DNA of 64,000 nucleotides. Origin: Pseudomonadota bacterium. Lineage in GTDB: Bacteria > Pseudomonadota > Alphaproteobacteria > Sphingomonadales > Sphingomonadaceae. The position numbers and the translations under genes are program-made. The notes below the pieces were generated by a model. It saw only the letters and a list, made by a program, of their open reading frames with translations, ran no database searches and had not been told where the DNA came from. The stretch spans positions 76,490 to 140,489 of the forward strand of contig JBEGOD010000055.1 of the NCBI GenBank assembly GCA_041182185.1, in the 5' to 3' direction. Shown in pieces: positions 58,118 through 64,000 of the stretch. Every line of letters begins with the position of its first letter. The stretch's first letter is position 1.

Positions 58118-58908
58118 CTGACCTTTCACACGAAAAGCTGGGAAGCGTCCTCTTCGGCGCACTCCGGAGCCGGCGGTCCATTCCGCCATTGAGCAAGCAG
58201 TATCCTTCGCTGACCATCGATGATGCCTATGCGATCAGCCTCGATTTCCTCTCGCGTCGCCTGAAGGACGGGGAAAAGGTCGTCGGCAAAAAGATCGGCG
58301 TTACCAGCAAGGCCGTGCAGGACATGCTCGGCGTGCACCAGCCCGACTTCGGCTTCCTGACCGACTGGATGTTCGTCGAGGGCGACATCGAAATCGACGG
58401 CAAAGCAATGATCGCGCCCCGCGCCGAAGCCGAAATCGCCTTCATCCTCAAGAGCAGTCTCAACGGTCCCGGCGTGACCGCCGCCGACGTGCTTGCCGCG
58501 ACCGAGAGCGTCGCCCCCTGCTTCGAGATCGTCGACAGCCGGATCGATGACTGGAAGATATCGATCGTCGACACGGTGGCAGACAACGCATCCTGCGGCG
58601 TCTACGTGATCGGAAAGGAACGGCTCGACCCGGCCGGGCTCGACCTGCCGAACCTACACGTGACAGTGACCAAGAACGGCGCCCCCCTGTCGGAGGGCTA
58701 CGGCCACGCCGTGCAGGGTGATCCGGCCCAGGCCGTGGCTTGGCTGGCGAATACGCTGGGCGCCTATGGCGTCACGCTGAACGCTGGCGACGTGATTCTC
58801 TCGGGCAGCCTCGTGCCGCTCGCCGACGCCGTGAAGGGCGACCGTTTCGAAATGACCCTGAGCAATGCAGGCGGCCCGCTGGGCACCTGCGTTGCCAACT
58901 TCGTTTAA
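58114..58908 (+). CDS. mhpD: 2-oxopent-4-enoate hydratase
   Basis: [46 protein letters not shown]. Confidence 0.88.
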   Translation: MTDLSHEKLGSVLFGALRSRRSIPPLSKQYPSLTIDDAYAISLDFLSRRLKDGEKVVGKKIGVTSKAVQDMLGVHQPDFGFLTDWMFVEGDIEIDGKAMIAPRAEAEIAFILKSSLNGPGVTAADVLAATESVAPCFEIVDSRIDDWKISIVDTVADNASCGVYVIGKERLDPAGLDLPNLHVTVTKNGAPLSEGYGHAVQGDPAQAVAWLANTLGAYGVTLNAGDVILSGSLVPLADAVKGDRFEMTLSNAGGPLGTCVANFV

Positions 58909-58919
58909 GGAAAAGAGCA

Positions 58920-59858
58920 ATGGCGCGCGTGAAGGCCGCGATCATCGGTTCGGGCAACATCGGCACCGACCTGATGATGAAGATGATCAAGTACCCGCAG
59001 AACATGGAACTCGCCATCGTGGTGGGAATCGACGAGAAGTCGGAAGGGCTCGCCATGGCGCGCGAGCACGGCATCGCGACGACCCACGAGGGCATCGAGG
59101 GGCTGAAGGCGCACCCGCTCTACAACGAGATCGGCATCGCCTTCGACGCGACCTCGGCCTATGCCCACAAGGTGCATGACGAGGCCCTGCGCGCCGACGG
59201 CATCCAGGTGGTCGACCTCACCCCGGCCGCCATCGGCCCGTTCACGGTGCCGCCGGTCAACATGAGCCAGCACCTCGACCAACCCAACGTCAACATGGTG
59301 ACCTGCGGCGGCCAGGCGACCATCCCGATGGTCGCCGCCGTCGCCCGCGTCTCCGACAAGCTCCACTACGCCGAGATCGTCGCCTCGGTCTCGTCGCGCT
59401 CGGCCGGGCCGGGCACGCGCGCCAACATCGACGAGTTCACCCGCACCACCGCGCGGGCGATCGAGGTGGTCGGCGGCGCGACCAAGGGCAAGGCGATCAT
59501 CATTCTCAACCCGGCCGAACCGCCGATGATCATGCGCGACACGGTATTCACCCTCAGCGAGGGCGGCAGCGAGGACGCCATCCGCCGTTCGGTGGAAGAG
59601 ATGGTCGCCGAAGTGCAGAAGTACGTTCCCGGCTACCGGCTGAAGCAGGAAGTCCAGTTCGAGCGCTATGGCGACAACAACCGCCTGAAGATCCCCGGCA
59701 TGGGCGAATTCACCGGCATCAAGTCGATGATCATGCTCGAGGTCGAGGGCGCGGGCGATTATCTGCCGAGCTATTCTGGCAATCTCGACATCATGACCGC
59801 CGCGGCCAAGGCCACCGGCGAACTGCTAGCTGCGCGCCGCATGGCTGCAACCGCCTGA
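58920..59858 (+). CDS. mhpF: Acetaldehyde dehydrogenase (acylating)
   Basis: [46 protein letters not shown]; ATG 58920. Confidence 0.95.
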   Translation: MARVKAAIIGSGNIGTDLMMKMIKYPQNMELAIVVGIDEKSEGLAMAREHGIATTHEGIEGLKAHPLYNEIGIAFDATSAYAHKVHDEALRADGIQVVDLTPAAIGPFTVPPVNMSQHLDQPNVNMVTCGGQATIPMVAAVARVSDKLHYAEIVASVSSRSAGPGTRANIDEFTRTTARAIEVVGGATKGKAIIILNPAEPPMIMRDTVFTLSEGGSEDAIRRSVEEMVAEVQKYVPGYRLKQEVQFERYGDNNRLKIPGMGEFTGIKSMIMLEVEGAGDYLPSYSGNLDIMTAAAKATGELLAARRMAATA

Positions 59859-59872
59859 AAGGACGTCATTCC

Positions 59873-60919
59873 ATGAAAGCTAACTTCAACGTCGATGCGG
59901 GCGACAAGCTCTACATCCAAGACGTGACGCTGCGCGATGGCATGCACGCCGTACGCCACATGTACGGGATCGACCATGTCCGCGCGATTGCCCAAGCGAT
60001 CGAGGCTTCGGGAGTGGACGCGATCGAAGTGGCCCATGGCGATGGCCTGTCCGGCGCCAGTTTCAACTACGGCTTTGGCGCCCATACCGATTGGGAATGG
60101 CTCGAAGCCGTGGCTGAAGTGCTGGACAAGTGCGTCCTGACCACGCTGATCCTGCCGGGCGTCGGTACGGTCGAAGAATTGCGCCGTGCTTATGACATCG
60201 GTGTCCGCTCGGTTCGCGTGGCAACCCATTGCACCGAGGCCGACGTTTCCAAACAGCACATCGGTATCGCTCGTGACCTTGGCATGGACGTGGCGGGCTT
60301 CCTAATGATGAGCCACATGATCGAGCCGGAAGTGCTCGCCCAGCAGGCTCTCCTGATGGAAAGCTATGGCGCACAGTGCGTTTACGTCACCGACAGCGGC
60401 GGCGCGCTCGACATGGACGGGGTCCGCGCCCGGTTCGAAGCCTATGACCGGGTGCTGAAGCCCGAAACCCAGCGCGGGATGCACGCGCACCACAACCTGT
60501 CGCTTGGCGTGGCCAATTCGATTGTTGCGGCGCAGTGCGGCGCGGTGCGAATCGACGCCAGCCTGACCGGGATGGGCGCGGGCGCGGGCAACGCTCCGCT
60601 GGAAGTGTTCATTGCCGCTGCCGACCGCAAGGGCTGGAACCACGGCTGCGACGTCAACTTGTTGATGGATGCCGCAGAAGACCTCGTGCGTCCGTTGCAA
60701 GACCGCCCGGTTCGCGTCGATCGCGAGACGCTGAGTCTCGGCTATGCGGGTGTCTATTCCAGCTTCCTGCGTCATGCCGAAAAGGCCAGCGAAACTTACG
60801 GAATCGACACGCGCGAAATCCTGCTCGAACTTGGCCGCCGCAAGATGGTTGGCGGGCAGGAAGACATGATCGTCGATGTCGCGCTTGATATGCTGAAGTC
60901 TGAGCCCCTTGGGGCCTAA
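59873..60919 (+). CDS. dmpG: 4-hydroxy-2-oxovalerate aldolase
   Basis: [47 protein letters not shown]. Confidence 0.95.
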   Translation: MKANFNVDAGDKLYIQDVTLRDGMHAVRHMYGIDHVRAIAQAIEASGVDAIEVAHGDGLSGASFNYGFGAHTDWEWLEAVAEVLDKCVLTTLILPGVGTVEELRRAYDIGVRSVRVATHCTEADVSKQHIGIARDLGMDVAGFLMMSHMIEPEVLAQQALLMESYGAQCVYVTDSGGALDMDGVRARFEAYDRVLKPETQRGMHAHHNLSLGVANSIVAAQCGAVRIDASLTGMGAGAGNAPLEVFIAAADRKGWNHGCDVNLLMDAAEDLVRPLQDRPVRVDRETLSLGYAGVYSSFLRHAEKASETYGIDTREILLELGRRKMVGGQEDMIVDVALDMLKSEPLGA

Positions 60920-61224
60920 GGCTAGGCAGGGCCGTAAAGGGATCAAACTCCCCAAACACACGCAGTGCGTATTTGACGCAAAAGCACACCAGGAAGTCTA
61001 CATAAGCGCATAATATTAAGCAATTCTATAAATTTGACCCCCGGTCGTTAATTCGCGGTTGCGTGTATTTTGGATCGAGAGCGGTGTCCCACTCGCAACC
61101 TTTATAGTTTTACCCTCCCCCCCCCGGGGAGTTAGGGATGAAGCACCTTTAGGCGACTACCCCTGAATCGGAGCCTGGATTCCGTTGCCGCCGTCCGAGA
61201 TCTTTCTAAGGCTTCAAGGGGGCG

Positions 61225-61376
61225 GATTGAAACATTTGGCCACCCAAACCCCCGGGATTTCTAGGTAATATATAATCTTTCAATTATTCAATATTTCTAG
61301 GGGATACCTCTCTGACTCTTAAAACGCGCGCGTACGCGAGGCTATATACAGGGCACCCCTTGAAAGATTGAAACAT
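61225..61376. repeat. AT-rich structured non-coding segment with direct and inverted repeats
   Basis: GATTGAAACAT at 61225 and 61366; TTTCAATTATTCAA/TTGAAAGATTGAAA inverted pair; central CGCGTACGCG palindrome. Confidence 0.55.
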
Positions 61377-61619
61377 CTCCGGATCTCAATTTTCTCCAGC
61401 TTTTCCATGGGGTTGAAGGGGTTAATTGTTCATTTTGAAGCATTTGGGCCGCTGAAGCATTCGCCAGCCGTGGCGCGCGTTACGCGCATGAAAACGCCGC
61501 CTGCTAAGCGCTCGAAGAAAAAGTTCGGCACTTGATGTCCCGATTGGCGAACATGGATGGCTTTTCCCGTTTGAAATCCACTGCTCGACGATCTCGAGCG
61601 TCAAACGGAGACTGCACCT

Positions 61620-61847
61620 GTGAACGCCTCCCAAGCGATCCCTGAAACTACTGCGCAATGCCTTGTGCCCAATACAATGTCCGCTTCGGAGCGCATCGCC
61701 GAGATCGGGCAGATATTGGCTGCCGGAATCCTGCGCATGGCCGAGAAGTCCAGTTCTATATCTGCACCGGAGGGAGATAGTTCACTCGCTATCACGCGGC
61801 GGAAGAGCGTCAGTCGAACCCGGGCAAAGGCCCGAGTTGGAGAATGA
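61620..61847 (+). CDS. Small hypothetical protein of the kind that precedes DUF2924
   Basis: MSASERIAEIGQILAAGILR amphipathic helix; stop overlaps the DUF2924 start. Confidence 0.45.
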   Translation: MNASQAIPETTAQCLVPNTMSASERIAEIGQILAAGILRMAEKSSSISAPEGDSSLAITRRKSVSRTRAKARVGE

Positions 61848-61849
61848 TG

Positions 61850-62311
61850 ATGCAAACATACGACGACCCGCAGGTGCTTGCGCGGCTTGCCGCGCTGAAA
61901 ACTATGACCGTGAAGGAGCTCAAGGAACAATGGGCTTCGCTGATGGGGACCGAGGCGCCGAACAACAGCAGCCCATACATGATCCAGCGCCTGTCCTAAC
62001 GGATCCAGGAGCTGGCATGGGGCGGGATGAACAAGGCCTTACTGCGCAATCTCGACGCCCTGGCCGATGAATACGAAGGCAAGAAAGTCCGGAAATCGGT
62101 AATTGCCGATCCTCGCAACCCGATTATTGGCACACGCCTGATCCGTGAGTGGGACGGGATCGAGCATACCGTGACGGTGATGAAGGATGGGTTCGACTGG
62201 CAAGGACGGCGGTTCAAATCACTGTCAGCGGTGGCGAGAACGATCACCGGCACACGCTGGAACGGTTATCGCTTCTTTGGCCTTCGCCCGGCCGAAGGCG
62301 GTGCACGATGA
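61850..62311 (+). pseudogene. DUF2924 family protein interrupted by in-frame TAA
   Basis: MQTYDDPQVLARLAALK...IQRLS*RIQELAWGG...GTRLIREW...SLSAVARTITGTRWNGYRFFGL; TAA at 61997-61999. Confidence 0.8.
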
Positions 62312-63621
62312 GCGACCTGTCTCCTCGCCGCCGCCTGCGCTGCGCGATCTACACCCGCAAGTCCTCCGAGGAAGGGCTCGAGCAGGAGTTCAACAGCCTC
62401 GACGCACAGCGCGAGGCCTGCGAGGCCTATATTGCCAGCCAGCGCGCTGAGGGCTGGATTGCAATGCGCGAGGCCTATGATGATGGCGGCTTCTCGGGTG
62501 GCACGCTCGAGCGGCCGGGCCTTAGGAACCTGCTCGACGACATCGAGGCCGGACTTGTCGACATCATCGTGGTCTACAAGATCGACCGGCTCTCCCGCTC
62601 GCTGATGGACTTCGCCAAGCTTGTCGAGGTGTTCGACCGGCATCAGGTGACGTTCGTCTCGGTGACGCAGGCCTTCAACACCACCACCTCGATGGGCCGA
62701 CTGACCTTGAACGTCCTGCTGTCATTTGCGCAGTTCGAGCGCGAAGTGACCGGCGAGCGCATCCGCGACAAAATCGCGGCCTCACGCGCCAAGGGCATGT
62801 GGATGGGCGGTTTTATTCCGTGGGGGTACGATGTCATCGATCGAAAGCTGGTGATCAATCCATCTGAAGCAGCGAGCATCCGATACCTGTTCGAGCGGTT
62901 CGTCGAACTGGAATCCGCGACCAAGCTTGCCCGCGAGGTTGTTCGACAAGGGATCGTCAACAAGCGGGGCCGCGCCATCGACAAAGGTTTCCTATACAAG
63001 CTGTTCCGCAACAGGGTCTACCTGGGCGAAGCCGTGCACAAAGGCACCAGCTATCCCGGCGAACATGAGGCCATCATAGACCAACCGCTCTGGGGCAAGG
63101 TCCACGCCATCCTTGAGGTGAATTACCGCCAGAGGGCGATGAAAACCCGCACACAGACACCCTACTTGCTGAAGGGGTTGATGTTCACGGGCACAGGTGC
63201 TGCCATGACGCCCAGCCACACGCGTAAAGGAGAGCGGATCTACCGTTACTACGTCTCTATGGATGCTATCCATAATCGCGCCGGGGAGGATGGGCCGTTG
63301 CCGCGACGCCTCAATGCAGGGATGGTTGAGGGCGTGGTAATTCAAGAACTGCGGCGGTTGCTGGTATCTCCTGCCATCACGGCTCAAGCCATTAAGGCCG
63401 TCCGTCAGTGCCAGCCGGACATTGATGAGAATGACGTGATATCAGCCCTCACGGGGTTCGAGCAGCTCTGGGAAACTCTATTCCCGGCTGAGCAAGCGCG
63501 CATCGCGAGGCAGCTCATTCGTAAGGTCACGGTGAATGATAACGGTCTTGCCGTTGACCTGCGCACCGACGGTCTGGGCCCCATTGTTCATGATATGCTG
63601 GCTCCGAGGATGGCGGCATGA
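62308..63621 (+). CDS. Large serine recombinase (resolvase + recombinase domains)
   Basis: CAIYTRKSS catalytic Ser, DGGFSG, KIDRLSRS, FAQFERE, GGFIPWGY, YRYY; ATG 62308. Confidence 0.93.
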   Translation: MSDLSPRRRLRCAIYTRKSSEEGLEQEFNSLDAQREACEAYIASQRAEGWIAMREAYDDGGFSGGTLERPGLRNLLDDIEAGLVDIIVVYKIDRLSRSLMDFAKLVEVFDRHQVTFVSVTQAFNTTTSMGRLTLNVLLSFAQFEREVTGERIRDKIAASRAKGMWMGGFIPWGYDVIDRKLVINPSEAASIRYLFERFVELESATKLAREVVRQGIVNKRGRAIDKGFLYKLFRNRVYLGEAVHKGTSYPGEHEAIIDQPLWGKVHAILEVNYRQRAMKTRTQTPYLLKGLMFTGTGAAMTPSHTRKGERIYRYYVSMDAIHNRAGEDGPLPRRLNAGMVEGVVIQELRRLLVSPAITAQAIKAVRQCQPDIDENDVISALTGFEQLWETLFPAEQARIARQLIRKVTVNDNGLAVDLRTDGLGPIVHDMLAPRMAA

Positions 63622-64000
63622 GCACTGAGCCCGATACCTTGCGGATCATCATTCCGCTGTCAGTGCGCCGAAGAAATGGGCGACCTCGGATCCAGCCGCC
63701 AGCTGAATACATCCCAGTTAATGACGGCGGAACCGACCCGCACGTCCTGCGAGCCCTGGCCCAAGCGTGGTCCTGGCGTCGCAAGTTGGAGAGCGGTGAG
63801 GTTGCAACGATCGAGGACATGTCGCGGCTGGCCAACGTGACCCATCGCATGGTTGGCCGGATGCTGAAGTTGACTTATTTGGCGCCGAAAGTGCTGGAAA
63901 AGCTCCTGCTCGAACGCATGCCGCCACGGGTATCTTTACGTGCTCTCATTGAAACGGCTGACCTAAACTGGACAGATCAGTTGCGACAGAATGGCCAACT
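63618..64000 (+). CDS. Recombinase-associated hypothetical HTH protein (3' truncated by window edge)
   Basis: Not in the ORF track. MSTEPDTLRIIIPLSVRRRNGRP..RALAQAWSWRRKLESG..LTYLAP..WTDQ, open to the window end; ATGA overlap. Confidence 0.75.
   Translation, partial: MSTEPDTLRIIIPLSVRRRNGRPRIQPPAEYIPVNDGGTDPHVLRALAQAWSWRRKLESGEVATIEDMSRLANVTHRMVGRMLKLTYLAPKVLEKLLLERMPPRVSLRALIETADLNWTDQLRQNGQ

Larger units (their letters stand above)
35255..64000. mobile_element. Putative integrated element / genomic island (continues past window)
   Basis: Composition shift at about 35.3 kb, duplicated housekeeping-type PDH genes, terminal DUF2924 + serine recombinase module. Confidence 0.5.

Noticed and set aside
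60966-60980. TGCGT-N5-ACGCA palindrome resembling the N20 operator half-sites
   Set aside because: Different spacer, single occurrence, and downstream of dmpG outside the steroid block
61117-61125. C9 homopolymer as a phase-variation switch
   Set aside because: Non-coding and not tied to an identifiable promoter or ORF
61422-61658. 78-aa minus-strand ORF
   Set aside because: No recognisable motif or RBS and overlaps the + strand small ORF; cannot be supported

Overview
A catabolic region of a high-GC alphaproteobacterium. Gene content and the PDH and meta-cleavage protein sequences point to the Sphingomonadales (Novosphingobium-like). It has three blocks. (1) 1-27.4 kb is a steroid/bile-salt-type degradation cluster: two CoA ligases, an amidohydrolase-fold protein, four KshA-like Rieske oxygenases in two paralogous pairs, a Tat-signal amidase, SDRs, MFS, an NTF2 protein, tandem Lrp/AsnC regulators, OYE-family reductases, hsaC, an hsaA broken by one amber codon, a TonB receptor, an alkyl sulfatase and a GMC oxidoreductase. 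Four promoter regions in this block share one bipartite motif, YGCGT-N20-RCGCA. (2) 27.7-35.1 kb holds a Crp-family regulator with a CRP-like box, divergent from an AtuA / Coq4-like / class II aldolase / BVMO / SDR / esterase operon. (3) From about 35.3 kb to beyond the window end is a visibly lower-GC putative integrated element, with an att/tRNA-end-like motif on the left and a DUF2924 + serine recombinase module on the right. It carries a second PDH operon whose E2 has no lipoyl domain, and an aromatic pathway: luciferase-like monooxygenase, MhpC/MhpB homologues, esterase, LhgO-like oxidase, lactonase, SDRs, OYE, NTF2 dehydratase-like protein, MalT-type regulator, degenerate RibB, flavin reductase and MhpD/F/E. 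My best candidate for an undescribed system is this pathway. Its enzyme set fits Baeyer-Villiger opening of a hydroxylated tetralone/naphthoquinone (juglone-type) to 2-hydroxyglutarate + pyruvate + acetyl-CoA; this is inference only. No rRNA, intact tRNA or CRISPR array was seen. All product calls come from motif recognition by eye, with no database searches.
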